A DNA stretch of 64,000 nt from Eledone cirrhosa (GCA_964016885.1 OZ024743.1:19654001-19718000); one strand, 5' to 3'. Positions 14,234 to 28,428 are shown, numbered from the stretch's first letter. The notes: generated by a model not told the origin, from the letters alone. Numbers and translations: made by a program.

Positions 14234-15735
14234 ATGGACCTCAACCACAGGGTTGTCAACTTCCTGGACGTGACCCTGGAGTTGAGTACGGGCTTATACA
14301 AGCCATACCATAAGCCTGGAGAGTGCCTCTATTATATTAATTATGCCTCCAACCTCGCTAAGCAGACTCTCAACTCCATAGTCTATAGCATCTCACATAG
14401 AATCTCGAGGCTATCCGCCAATGAGGATATCTTCAACCAAGCGGCTGATTACTACAATAGGGCCCTGATAAGCGCCGGCTTTAACCGAGGAATTTCCTAC
14501 ATCCCTGACGCTAGCTCTAGAAACCACCCCCTCATAAAACGAACGTTACAGTAAGCCATACCTATAACCGATCACGCGGCGACCTCGTTAAAGTCGGATA
14601 TAATAGAATAGATAACCGCACCAAAGATCACGTCCCCGGCGACGGTGAATACTGTAGATTACTCAAACTATTCCCCTATTACAAAACCAACAAAGGCGGC
14701 GGCCTACTACCAACGCCTTCCAACCAACATCTTCGTGTACATAAACATGGAGGAGGTAGAAAGAGTGCACCCAAGCATAAAATGAAAGGGGCACCGAACG
14801 GGCGATAGCGCATTAACACACATAAGAGGGGTCACTTAGATGGAACCACCCGTAGCAAAAGTACAAGGAACGTAATCGCCACCGTAACGTCCTATGGTTC
14901 CCCCCCCCCCTACTCTCGAAGTGTGGCCGCGACAGAGGACGCTGCCCCCTTAGAGGATACTGCTTGACTGAAAGGTTTATATATAGATGCACTATTACTA
15001 GCCACAATAGCGTTAAACATTATATAGGGGCCACCTCCGGCCCGTTCAAAATTAGGTTTCGAACACATCTCCACTCTTTCACAAATAGAAAACTAAGGCA
15101 CTCCACTTCTCTCGCGGACAACATCAAATCACTAAAGGACTTAAACATCAGCTTCTCCACGCACTGGGAGATTGTCGGCCGGGCTGCACCGTACAACTTC
15201 AAGAGGAAATGCGATCTTTGCCTCATGGAGCTCTACCACATCATAACAGCACCCCACGAGCTCATCAACAGCACAGCTGAAACAGCGATAAGTTGTACAC
15301 ATCGCTTAAAAATATCCTTCTTTAGATGGGTTAAGAATGAAGAGTGAAATAGTACACTGGATCTCCCTGCAACAAGTCTTAACACCCCGGCGGGCAGGCG
15401 CAGCAAAATAACACCCAGAAAACAATCCTTGCATACCAGACCCAGCCTCAGACAAACGGATGCGGCAAAAAAAAAAAAATTATCCGGGAAAGACTGCCCT
15501 AACACCGGCCAGAGTTACCTCCCTTGACCTGCTGCAAAATCAAAACAAGATATTTTTGCGAGCAATGAATCTTGATGTGGATTTAACCCCCAAAACTCTT
15601 TCCGAACTATATAAGGAACACTTGTGATTATTTATGCCCTTGAGAAGCCCAACTGGGCGAAACGTACGTAGGTGATATTTTAAATAAACATGTTTTAACG
15701 GTCTATTCTCCGATTTTTACTTTCCCACGTGCTAT
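14234..15735 (+). mobile_element. 5'-truncated, frameshifted Naiad-like PLE (RT thumb + GIY-YIG, coding 14234-15347)
   Basis: [22 protein letters not shown]; C..RGRCPLRGYCL; FIYRCTIT..HYIGATSGPFKIRFRTH; CDLCLME..CTH. Confidence 0.85.
15634..15676 (+). ncRNA. Minimal type I hammerhead, U3-A8 core
   Basis: atgccc TTGAGAA gccc-aact-gggc GAAA CGTACG TA ggtgat, followed by AATAAA. Helix I is weak. Confidence 0.75.
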
Positions 15736-15750
15736 ATGTAATTATATATA

Positions 15751-15837
<87 letters not shown>

Positions 15838-15872
15838 TATATATATAATATATATATAATTATATATATATG

Positions 15873-15941
<69 letters not shown>

Positions 15942-16072
15942 TGGGGCAGCGTGTAATTTTTCTTTGAGAGGACTGCTGGATTCTAATCTACCAGTCTCTT
16001 CTTAGCGCTGAGGGAGACCATCACCATTCTATTAATGTCGATATTATTCTTATATCGATATTAATTTGGGCA

Positions 16073-16196
16073 TCCACTGATGAGTTTATAAGAGCCCGCT
16101 TGTGTATAAAACTACGGTTTATATACAAGTTTCTACATAACCTGGAAATTATTTATCCCAAATTGTAGAAATCCTATAACGAAACGGCCGTCTGGA
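16073..16196 (+). ncRNA. Type I hammerhead with a branched helix II
   Basis: tcca CTGATGA gtttata[two hairpins]tataac GAAA CGGCCG TC tgga. Confidence 0.8.
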
Positions 16197-16829
16197 AGGA
16201 AAGAGATATGTATTTAATAATGTCTCATATAAAATAATACAACCAACTATCCACGAAATACTGATCAGTTAACACCCCAAACACTAAATTGTGATTATAC
16301 TTAAGTATATCCTAATGTTTGTTGAGTGAGATTGAATTGGTCGGAGTATCGCTTAAGGCTTTCTCTGTTTGTGTATTGAATATATACTCCTGGGAGCATG
16401 ATATTGATTCCAGATATAAGGTTCACTTTATTATTATTATTTTTTATATGAAATACTGATTGATCTTCCTTGTATCCCATGTCTGATTTAGCCTTAACGA
16501 ATAACTGTGTATGTGTGGGTGATCCATACATATATTTATTATGTTTTAATATCTCTGTGTGTGCATTGGTTATATATACATATGATTATTCTTTTAAATT
16601 TCCAATTGAGTTCTTATACACGTGGTTAATAACTAACAGGTTTAATTGACCAGCGTGTATATTGTTTTATTTTAAGATGACCTCCCTTTACCATTTTGGG
16701 GATAACGTGTAATCTTTCTTTGAGAGGACTGCAGCATTCTAATCTACCAGTTCATTCTTAGCGCTGAGGGAGACCATCACTAATCTATTAATGTCGATAT
16801 AATTCTTATATCGATATTAATTTAGGGCA

Positions 16830-16953
16830 TCCACTGGTGAATTTATAAGAGATCACTTGTGTATAAAACTACGGTTTATATACAAGTTTCTACATAACCT
16901 GGAAATTATTTATCTCAAATTGTAGAAATCTTATAACGAAACTGCCGTCTGGA
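16830..16953 (+). ncRNA. Second copy of the branched hammerhead, with core mutations
   Basis: tcca CTGGTGA ... GAAA CTGCCG TC tgga. Confidence 0.65.
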
Positions 16954-17135
16954 AGGAAAGAGATATTTATTTAATAATGTCTCATATAAAATAATACAAC
17001 CAACTATCCACGAAATACTGATTAGTTAGCACCCCAAACACTAAATTGTGATTATACTTAAGTATATGCTAATGTTTGTTGAGTGAGATTGAATTGGTCG
17101 GAGTATCGCTTAAGGCTTTCTCTATTTATGTATTG

Positions 17136-17208
<73 letters not shown>

Positions 17209-17236
17209 TATATATATAATTATATATATATATATA

Positions 17237-17313
<77 letters not shown>

Positions 17314-17663
17314 CGTTTCTGAATTTGTTTAGCAAGATTTTTTATCTGAAATCGTGTGTTGAAACCGATATTGTTATACTTTGGGAGGGTCATGTTGCCA
17401 ATAATTGTATATATATAATTGTATATATATAATTGTATATATATATAATTGTATATATATAATTATATATATATATATATAATTGTATATATATAATTGT
17501 ATATATATAATTGTATATGTATATATATTAGAAAGTGAGGTTTTTTTTACAAAAAGAAAATAACCGAGGTGTCGTACACGAGTGAAAGTATAAAGAAAAT
17601 GAGATGAAATCGAAAATGCAACTGGAGTCTTATTTTTTTTTAAATATATATATTTATTTGGTT

Positions 17664-17701
17664 CTTTTACCGGTTTCGCAGTTCTTCTGCTTTTCAAAAG
17701 T
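17664..17701 (-). ncRNA. Minimal type I hammerhead, U3-A8 core
   Basis: actt TTGAAAA gcag-aagaa-ctgc GAAA CCGG TA aaag (helix I weakened). Confidence 0.7.
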
Positions 17702-18098
17702 AGAGTTGAGATGGAGGGTCTGTGGTTTTTCTCACATCTGGTTGGTCTCTGAATGTTACATGTTTTATATGGAAAAAGTGGCTCGAAATGCCAGGTTTTT
17801 TTAGCAGTAATTTGATTGGTTGGTTAATAATTATAATAAATTTTGCGCCAGTTCGCGTTACAATAGTTCTTTAAATAAGAGGGGGGTTGTCACAGGTTGT
17901 TTTTTCATATATGAGTGTTTGAATTTCTTTTTATTTGAAAAAAGGGGCTCACGGAGGCTTTTTTTTTAATAAGCGTAATTTGATTGGTTATAAATGAAAT
18001 TATGGCTGTCACGGGAACAAGTTTTCATTAAATTTTCGCGCCCTTATTTGGAAATCCATTTTGTAGCCTTTTTAGAGAATTGTATGATAAGTAAAAGA

Positions 18099-18285
18099 TA
18101 ATTGTTTCTACTTTTGGCACAAGGCCAACAAATACCCAGTACATTACTGGTACTTTATTTTATCGACCTCGTAAGGATGAAAGGCAAAGTTAACCTCGGC
18201 GGGATTTGAACTCAGATCATAAAGAGCCGTAACTCTTTGCTGCAAAGCATGGTGTCCGACCATCTACTGATACTGCCAATCCACC
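18099..18285 (-). mobile_element. tRNA-derived SINE in the PLE 3' UTR
   Basis: Same SINE family. TSD gataagtaaaagataat. Confidence 0.9.
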
Positions 18286-18426
18286 GATAAGTAAAAGATA
18301 ATGGTCAAGAGAAATGGGATGGGAGAATTGTTCTGCTTCAGTGAATATGGTTAGTTCGCTGGGGTGTCAGAATTCAGATTTTCTATTGAGTAAAGAAAGT
18401 AAAGATATGTATGTTTATTTGTGTGC

Positions 18427-18459
<33 letters not shown>

Positions 18460-18791
18460 TTGTGTGTGTGTGTGTATGTTGCGTGTGTGTGTTTGAATTT
18501 CTTTTTACTTAAAAAAAGGTGGCTCACGAAGGCTTTTTTTTAATAAACGTAATTTGATTGGTTATAAATTAAATTTGGCTGTCACGTGAACCAGTTTTCA
18601 TCACATTTTCGCGCCCTTATTTGGAAATCTATTCTGTAGCCTTTTTAGAGAATGTTATGATAAGCAAAAGATAGTGGTCAAGGGAAATGGGATAGGAGAA
18701 TTGTTCTAGTTCAGTGAATATGGTTAGTTCGCTGGGGTGTCAGAGTTCAGATTTTCTATTGAAGTAAAGATATGTATGTTTATGTGTGTGC

Positions 18792-18892
<101 letters not shown>

Positions 18893-19130
18893 GGAAGATG
18901 ATTGTATTAGTAGAAATGGGGAGGGAGTTGTGTGTGTGTGTATATGGGTGTTATGTGTGTGTGTGTGTGCGAGTATGTTAAGATGGAGAGAATATATTTT
19001 GTGTGTGTATATATGTGTGTAGGAAAGTGGTTCTATTAGTAGAAATGGGGGAGTTGTGGGTGTGGGGTTGTAATGTGTGTGGGAGTATGGTTAGCATGCT
19101 AAGATGAAGAGAATATATATATACATATAT

Positions 19131-19207
<77 letters not shown>

Positions 19208-19392
19208 GAAAATGATTCCTTTAGTAGGAATATTTTTGAATGAACATATTTTCCTTACTTATTCGTATTTGTTCTGTTGTATTGTCAGTGCAAACGTATG
19301 TTAATGTTTATTTAGTTCGGGTTTTTATTTTCTAAAGTAGGTGTTATGTGTGTGTGTGTATGTCATATTATGCTGTTGACATAATGTATATT

Positions 19393-22300
19393 AAACCATA
19401 TTTAATGCTGGTCTATATTTTTGAATAAACATATTTTCCTTATTTATTCGTATTTGTCTGTTGTATTGTTAGCGCAAAGGTAAAATGGGAAGACTTGGAA
19501 TTTGGGTGTCTTATTACTTGCGCAAATGTTTAGATGTGCGCTTAGTGGTATCTGTCTCGTGGTTGGATCTCGAAATTGTTGGCGATGAACTGTCATTCTG
19601 TTTCTGAGTTTGAGTTTAGTTTGTCCTATATAATCTTCATTGCATCCTTTACATTTAATGGCATAAATTAGATTTTTTGATGAGCAAGTGAAGTGATTTT
19701 TTACAGTAAAATTTTGTCCTGATTTAAATGTATACGTGTGCCTTCAATGTGGTGAGTGCAGGTTCCACAATTAGAGCGACCACATTTGTTGATACTTGGT
19801 TGTGGGTTTGTGGTAGGTAATTTGGCATTGGTGAGTAATGTTTTCAGTGATTTCGGTTGTCTTTTGCTTTTGATTATTTTGTGTGTTTCAAGGGCTTTTT
19901 TCATTCTTGGGTTTTGTTTCAGTAGTGGGATGTTCTTGTGAATAGTGTTGTAAGCTTCCGCATTTCTTGGGTTGTGTGTTGAGATATATGATAGAATATT
20001 GGACGTACCTTGAATTTGTTTTCGTAATTCATCAATGCCTATTGCTTTAGCCCTTTCTATTCCATTATTTATTAGTAATAGTGGGTACTCTTTCGAGTAG
20101 AATTTCCTTTAATTCTTGAAATCTTTTATTTCGCGTTTCATAATTGGAGACAACTGTGCAAATTCTTCTTGCTAGGTTAAAAGGAATGTTCGTCTCCGTG
20201 TGCTTTGAATGGTTGGAGGTGAATAGCAGGTATTGTTTGGAATCTGTTGGTTTGTAGTGTATGTCAGTTTCGATATTTGTGTCTTTTTTTAAGATTAAGA
20301 TGTCCAGAAATGGGAGTTGATCTTGGCTGTATTCCATTGTAAATTGGATGTGGTTATTGATACCGTTTATTAAGTTTTTGAAATCCTTCAGTTGGTCGAG
20401 TGTGTGGGACCAAAGAATGAGACAATCATCCAAGTAGCGTTTCCAATTCTTGATAAATATTTGTGGAAGTTCAATCCGTATTTTGATTTGGACTGTTCAT
20501 ATATCTGTACTTCTAAGTATGCCATGACTAAGTTGGCATAAGTTGGAGCGGCTTTTGTACCCATCGCAGTCCCCGATATTTGCTTGTAAGTATTGCCATC
20601 GAAATCAAAAAAGTTGTTCTGTAAGATGAATTTTAATCCCTCGGTGATGAAGCTTTTTTCTATTCTGTCAGGTATCTCATTGGGATATTTCTCTAGCCAG
20701 AATCCTATTGCTTCTAGTCCATATTGGTGTGGGATCGTTGTGTAGAGATTCACTACATCGAAAGACACAATAATAGTGTCGTTGTTGACATGTTTAGGGA
20801 GGTGGTTTAAGAGGTCCAGATCGTCTCTTGCAAGGCTTGGTATGTGTTTGAGAATTGGTTTCAGTAGTACGTCTATAAAGTTGCTCAGTCTGCGTGTTTC
20901 ACATTGTGGGCCCGCTACAATTGGTCTTAATTTAAGGTCTGTGGGGTATTGTGTGTTCACGCAGGCTGAGGTGGATTGTTTACAGGCATCGTTAATTATT
21001 TTACACTCGTGGATCTTCGGACGTCCGTAAAGGTTGCTGGTTTTGTATTCAAAATTTGTTAAATAATCGCGTTCCTTTTTAGTTAGGTCTTCCTGGTATC
21101 GATAAATCAGTGTGTTTAATCTGGTCATTGTTTTTGTTGCTGGTAGTTTTTTACTCTTTCATAGTAATTAGTATTTTGTAAGAGAGAGAACATAGAATTT
21201 TTATATTTTTCAGCCTCCATAATGACAACAGTACTTCCCTTGTCCGCTTCCTTAATTATAATGTCCGTATTGTTTTTTAGTTCATGGATAATCTCCCATT
21301 CCCTTCGACTTATGTTGGGTTTGGGTTTAGGTTGCGGTAGTTCATGGTATGGGAAGGTAACTATGTGGTCACAAAATTTGTCCAGAACTCTGTTTCTACC
21401 TTTTGTTGGGTTGTAGCTGCTTTTATTCCGTACAATTGTTTCGTCGTTATTCTCCTTGTCAAAGAATTCCTCTGTGAGACGTAATTTTCTACAGAAGTGT
21501 TATATATCGTCATTTATCTCATTGGGGTTAGAGTATTGTGGTGTTGTGGTGAATTTCAGTCCTTTGGAGAGAATGTTTACTTGTTGGGCTGAGAGGTTTG
21601 TATTTGAAAGGTTGATTATTTTCGGTTTTTCAAAATCGGTTTGTGCCACCGGATGTCGTGAGTCCTGTAGCCTTGGTCTAAAAAATGATTTTTCTGGAAT
21701 GTTTTTTCAATGGTATTATTATATCTAATGGTATTTCCCCTGTTGTTGTGTGGTCTTGTATAGAAATTTCGGACGTATTGAGGTTCGGTTTGTTGATAGT
21801 CCGGGTTGTAGATTTTGTTCCTTTGTGTGGGTTGGGATCTACGGTTTTGGAACAGGCTCTGTGTGGGTAGGGGTCTACGTTTTTGGAATAGGTTTTGTGT
21901 GGGTTGTGATCTGCGGATCGTGTCTTGCCTTGTGTTCGGGGATCTTCGGTTTTTGTTAGTAGGGTTATAGTTTTGTCTATGGTTTCTGGGATTATCGTTA
22001 TAGTTTTGCTGGGGGTATGTTGGACGTTTTGTTACTTTTTTTGTTATTTGTTGTGCATGTGGTGTGTGAGTTTTAGTTTGTTTTAAAAATGGGTTACCTG
22101 TATATTGTTCATTTTTGAAGTCCATTTCGTAGTTGTTGAACCAGGTGGAGGGATGTTAGTTCTTCATCCTCACAGTTTTCTTTCCAAAGTTTTAGCGTTT
22201 TTTAGTAGAGTAGGCCTTCATAGTGCTTTGAGATTTCTGTGTCCATCTGTTGGTCGAGTGACTTGAATTTTTCTTCGTTGGAGTTGGCTCTTAATCGCAA

Positions 22301-22819
22301 CAGTTCTATTTCTGTTTTAAATGTTTGCAACGCCATCTTTTCCCTAAGTTTTTGTTGGTTTTCTGGTTCATTCGGGATGGGTTTTATTTGGAGTTTTTTG
22401 GGGAGAATGATTGGGGTAGAGTTTAGCCACATTTCATATATGTCTGCCTTGCCATTATTTTTTAGGAGATTCCAAAGGGCGAATTTGCGGGCTGTGAGCT
22501 TTTGAGTCCATATGTTGATTAGGGTGTTTTCCACTGAGTGGACATCTCGTAGATTGGGTTCTAACGGTTGTTTCAGCTTTTGGAGCATTGCTGTTTCAAT
22601 GGTTTCGATTAGCTTAGTTAATACTGGAGTAATATTCGTCTCTTGGGTATTTTCTGTTTCTTCGTGGGGTCCTTTTTTATAGATGTGTATTTGGTCCACT
22701 TTGTTGGTCAACATTGAGAGTTTACTTCTATGCATTATCAAGCTACGGATTTTCCTAACTGGAAAATTCAATTTATTTAAACTCCCATGGATATTTCTTG
22801 ACCAGGGATCAAGTGACAC
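19393..22819 (-). pseudogene. PLE polyprotein (N-terminal extension, RT, GIY-YIG) with multiple frameshifts and stops
   Basis: ORF pieces 22202-22819, 21616-22125, 20388-21128, 20065-20433, 19701-19904. Confidence 0.88.
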
Positions 22820-23423
22820 CTTTGATAATGAGAATTGGTATTGCTGGATTCATTTATATTCCCTTTTTAACTACAATTTCCTTTTAAATCACATTACAGC
22901 AAAGACACGTTTAAGAATCGGAGAGGAAAATGGGAAAATCACTTTTGAAATTTGTTTAGGAGTTAAATAGGAAAATGCTATCTACATATTCAAATGGAAT
23001 ATAGAATCCAATGCTAAATTACATAACGTTAATAAGATAATTTGCAATCCATTCTCAAGATAAAGCTTAGCAACTTTATTTACTAAGGGTTTATTATCTA
23101 TATCAAGAAAGGAGAGTTATTTCGTCGTATAAATACAGGACTTCCCACTCCTACATTTGCTACAAAGTATATCATTACCACGCAGACAAGAATTAATTTA
23201 TCCTAGCCATTCACATTTGTACTATATGCAAATGATCACCTTAGCAGATGTTTCATATGTGAGAAAGAATATAAGCCTTTAGCTTAGTATTCTCTCGGTA
23301 CGATGTGCATAAATGTCACCGATGATTGAAATTCAGAAACATCAGTACAGAATTCTCATCGGCTGCTGAGATATCTATGGCATGATAAAAACTTTAAAAT
23401 TCATAATGAGATTCATGTATGCT

Positions 23424-23608
23424 TGATTGGCAGTATCGGTAGAGAGTCGAACGCCATGCTTTGACGCATGGAATTACGGCCCTTGCCATTCTGAGTTCAA
23501 ATCCCGCCGAGGTTAAGTTTGCCTTTCATTCTTACGGGTTCGATAAAATAAAGTACCAGTAATGCACTGGATAATTGCTGGCCTTGTGCCAATAATAGAA
23601 ACAATTAT
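23424..23608 (+). mobile_element. tRNA-derived SINE
   Basis: gattggcagtatcggtagag...gagttcaaatcccgccgagg...ggccttgtgccaataatagaaacaattat. Confidence 0.9.
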
Positions 23609-24063
23609 AGATAAACATGTCTTATATGAATTTAGCCAGTCAACTTTGCACTGTATGCAAATGAGAATCTCAAGCTTATGTTTCAAACGTAAAAGCGTAC
23701 ATAAACATTTAGCTCTTGCCTGTGTCAGTACCGAGTGAGTAAATATCAATTATGAAACATACAAATCTAATACATCAATCTAGCAGCATACTCATGGCTA
23801 TTGAGTTAGATGTGACATAATCACAGCTCAAAATGTTCATAGCAAGGCAATTGCATGTTTATTGCACATAAACATATCTGATATGCCTTCATATACTCCC
23901 TATTATGTATATATATATATATATATATATACATACATATATATATATATATATGTATGTATATATATACATACATATTTATATATATATATATATATAT
24001 ATATACATACATATATATGTATATATATATATTCATACATAAAGCCCAAGTCATTATCAAGTC

Positions 24064-24107
<44 letters not shown>

Positions 24108-24114
24108 ATATATG

Positions 24115-24161
<47 letters not shown>

Positions 24162-24194
24162 TACAATAATCAAAGTTCAGTTTAAATCATTTAT

Positions 24195-24243
24195 TCGCTT
24201 ACAATTGTTTCCTCCAAACCGTGGTTTGGTTTCTTCGGAGCAA
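24195..24243 (-). ncRNA. Type I hammerhead, U4C core, in a non-coding pLTR-like fragment (~24155-24575)
   Basis: ttgct CCGAAGA a a ccaaacc-ac-ggtttgg ag GAAA CAATTG TA agcga, then AATAAA. Confidence 0.75.
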
Positions 24244-24573
24244 CTATTTAGTGATCTATAACATACTTGACCTCGTTTTCAACACAAGAGACATATAAAA
24301 ACATATGCATATATTGACCCACAGTGGGATGACATCCATCATAATGATATAGTATGGCAATTTGTATATAAAGGTTAAAGGATAAAAATAAAAATAAAAT
24401 AAAAATAAAAATAAAAATGAAACATTGGCAGTTTATGAAGATAAAGCAAGAGGAAAGTTTAGAGAAGTCAGTGTATGAAACAATCCCACGCGTAGCATGC
24501 ATGCGTGTCTTATTTATACAGTATTAGAGTGCGACAGATTGTTACTTGTAGGATCAGGCAGTTAAAGCATGCA

Positions 24574-24614
<41 letters not shown>

Positions 24615-24659
24615 CATACATATATATATACATAAATATACATACATATATATATATAT

Positions 24660-24734
<75 letters not shown>

Positions 24735-24777
24735 TACATATATATATGTATACATATATATATATATATATATTCAT

Positions 24778-25750
24778 ACATAAAGCCCAAGTCATTACAC
24801 CTGGTGGGATGACAGAGTTCTTTGATATACTAGCTGGAGTGTTCCAGGGATATACATTGGCTCCCTACTTTTTTATCATCGTAGTGGACTATTGTATGCC
24901 CCTTGCACTGGAGAAACACCAGGACTCTGGCTTTCCTGTAGCACCGGCTCAGAGCAGGAGAGTTAAGGCAATAAAGATATCAGATGCTGAATTTGCCGAC
25001 GACATAGTTTTGGTGACAAATACAGTGAAGGAGGCAGAGGATTTGATGCAGGAGGTTGAGACCGTGTCGATGAGTGTGGGGCTGAGAATGAATGAGTCTA
25101 AAACAAAATATCTGGTAGAGAATGTTGAGAAGCCAGAGGGGATCTCTAATGTAGGCGGCAAGCCGCTGGAATTGGTTGAGGACTTCCTGTATTTGGGAGC
25201 AAAGATTAGGAATACGCAAGATGATGTGGTTGAGAGGAAAGACAAAGCCTGGGCGGCGTGCCTCAGCTTGGGATCGGTTTGGAAGTTGGACCTTCGTAAA
25301 GACCTGAAAATCAACCTCTTCATTGCTGTAGTGGAGTCTGCGCTGCTTTGTGGGTCTGAGACTTGGGCACTGACCAAGAAACTCACTCAGATGGTGGATG
25401 GTTGCTACACGAGAATGCTGAGGATGGCTCTGAACATTAATCAGTTTATACTGAGGATGAAAAACTCGGAGCTGTATGGGAGCCTCCCAAATGTCAGCTC
25501 AAAAATGACACAGAGGAGAATGAGGTTAGTTGGACATGCTCACCGACATCCAGAGTTGACATTGCACTCAGTGCTCCTGTGGGAGCCCCTACATGGACAC
25601 ACTGGAAGAGGAAGACCAAGGTTAAGGTATGTTCATGTCCTAAGGACAGACACTAATCTGTTGGAGACGCAGTACATGGCAGTGATAGTGAGGGACAGAG
25701 ACCGCTAGAGAGAACTCGTCCATGGATCTCGGGAATTTTACCCGCCCTAG
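24778..25750 (+). mobile_element. 5'-truncated RTE-clade LINE (RT C-terminal half, open to 25708)
   Basis: [45 protein letters not shown]. The N-terminal YI repeats of the tracked ORF are microsatellite. Confidence 0.9.
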
Positions 25751-25765
25751 AAATACATACATATG

Positions 25766-25869
<104 letters not shown>

Positions 25870-25874
25870 CATAA

Positions 25875-25961
<87 letters not shown>

Positions 25962-25967
25962 TATATA

Positions 25968-26402
25968 TGGTGGCTGCCAACTCGTTTTCGAGTACGGCCA
26001 CTACTTTATATCCATGTAGGAGAACCCCTACCGATGCGCTGAACGAATGTGACTTTTTAGTCCAGCCAGCGACTTGAAAACTCTGGTACAAAGACTACAC
26101 TTGTGACCATTATTGACACATAGTGCATGGCCCATGGTACCACGTGATGACAAGTGCAGAGAGATCTCCAGATATAAAGCAATGCCTGTGCTGTGAAGCT
26201 TTTATAGTGAGCAAAGGCACTGCACAAAGCCAGTCCCACTCTCTTAACCAAGATGATATTTACCAAAAAGAAGAACAAGTCAACATCATTGGATACCATC
26301 AGGGTTGCAGGTGTTATATCAGAGTTTTCCTTCTCCTAGAATTCTGCCTTGACAAAGGCTAAGGGGTCATCTCTCCCGGTGATTTTGGATGGCTATTGAC
26401 TC
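25968..26402 (-). mobile_element. 5'-truncated copy of RTE-derived non-autonomous element, subfamily A
   Basis: Close match to 812-1245. Confidence 0.75.
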
Positions 26403-26466
26403 ATATACCTATATATACCTACATGTATGTATATATATATACATACATATATACATACATATATGA

Positions 26467-26503
<37 letters not shown>

Positions 26504-26532
26504 ATATATATAGATATATATATATACGTATG

Positions 26533-26574
<42 letters not shown>

Positions 26575-26741
26575 TGTGTGTGTATATATACATACATAAT
26601 AGGGAGTATATATGTATATATATGTATATATATATATATACATATATACTCCCTATTATGTATGTAAATATATACATATATATATATATCGGGCGATGGC
26701 AATACTTGAACACGAGTTTTCAGCCATCATGTAGTATGTAT

Positions 26742-27347
26742 GTCGGGTCACTCTTGAGTGCTATTGGTAACATGTAACCCAGTACAACCTGTCGCATGGT
26801 CGGGTCGTCGGCGACTAAACCGGCAACCCCACCAAGTTTACTTGGTGAGGAGGGTGATTTGGGACATCCTGCAGGACAAAAAACAAAACCTGACAAAGGG
26901 CGGAAGATCTCATAAGAGTCAACAGCCATCCAAAAGTGTGTAAACATGTACATATGTATGTATATGTATATATACATGGGTGCATGTGTATGTACATGCA
27001 CAGGGACATAGAAATAATCGGGCTGGACACCCGATCGCGCAGTAAACCACTGGGAGTGAAGGACCCCTAGCCTTTGTCAGGGCATTCTTCTAGGAGAAGG
27101 CAACTCAGGAAACTGGGATAACTCTGATATAAAACCTGCGGCTCAGTAGTTACCGATGATGTTGATATTTTCTTCTTTTCGGGTTATAGCTACTGTCGCT
27201 CAGAGAGTGGGATTGGCTCAGTGCACAGTCTTTCCTCATTTAAAAAAAAATCTTCATGCACAGGCATTGCACGATAGAATTAATTAATAATTATTAATAA
27301 TGGTATATCGTGCAATGGCCATACTCGATAACGAGGAGGCAGCCATC
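26742..27347 (+). mobile_element. RTE-derived non-autonomous element, subfamily B
   Basis: Structured 5' domain, CTAGGAGAAGGCAACTC motif, 3' hairpin, then (TA)n. Confidence 0.65.
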
Positions 27348-27409
27348 ATATATATATACATACATATATATATACATATATACACATATATATATGCATA
27401 TATATACAT

Positions 27410-27613
27410 ATGGAAAAAGTGGCTTGAAATGCCAGGTTTTTTGAGAAGTAATTTGATTATAATAAATTTCGCGCCAGTTCGAATTACACAGTTCTTCAAA
27501 CAAGGGGGGGGTCACAGGTTGTTTTTTCATATATGAGTGTTTGAATTTCTTTCTACTTATAAAAAGGGGGACTCATGAAGGCTTTTTTTTTTAATAAACG
27601 TAATTTGATTGGT
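27410..27613 (-). mobile_element. Fragment of the PLE family A 3' UTR
   Basis: Matches 9608-9810 and 17768-17990. Confidence 0.8.
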
Positions 27614-27615
27614 TA

Positions 27616-27705
<90 letters not shown>

Positions 27706-28240
27706 TATACATATATATACATGTATGTTTGTATGTGTATATATATGTATATAGATATATATATGTACATATATGTATATATAAATATGTATATATATTA
27801 ATAAAAGGAATTCCAACTTTGTCTTATTTACTCGTTTTATTTACAATCCTTTAACATTATAATGATATTATAATGAAATAGTATGGTAGAATATTAAATG
27901 TTAATTGTTAATTTGACAAGTACTGTCATGCTTTCGGAATCTTCAGGTTCATATTCTGTGGTGACAGTCAAGTTTGCAATTTTCAACTGTAATGAGATGG
28001 GTAAAGTTTGTGCCTTATATACAGTGAAAAGCTGCTACAGAATGCTAAGTTTTGCAAACTGTATTTCGACCAATCGGTGTGTAGTTTCACTGGATTACTA
28101 AAGCTGATTGGTTTAGGCGTCACCGTTGGTTTAGTATGTCTAATTACTTCTATTTGACACTATCCAAAGCATCAATTGTTTTGCTATTTTTAGAAATGAT
28201 GAAAATAGCATTTTCTAAGGTTTTTATAAAAAGTCTTTTA

Positions 28241-28428
28241 TTGGATTGGCAGTATCGGTAGAGGGTCGGACGCCATGCTTTGATGCATAGAGTTACGGCC
28301 CTTGCTATTCTGAGTTCAAATCCCGCCGAGGTTAACTTTGCCTTTCATCCTTACGGGGTCGATAAAATAAAGTACCAGTAATGTACTGGGTAATTTCTGG
28401 CCTTGTGCCAATAGTAGAAACAATTATT
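28241..28428 (+). mobile_element. tRNA-derived SINE inside the PLE B 3' UTR
   Basis: Full SINE motif set. Confidence 0.9.

Larger units (their letters stand above)
15950..17124 (+). mobile_element. Non-coding retrozyme/pLTR-like partial tandem: two ~420-bp direct repeats, period 757 bp
   Basis: 15950-16367 matches 16707-17124. Each repeat has a HHR. No ORF. Flanked by (TA)n. Confidence 0.8.

Noticed and set aside
23424-23510. tRNA gene
   Set aside because: The A/B boxes belong to a SINE head and no cloverleaf forms.
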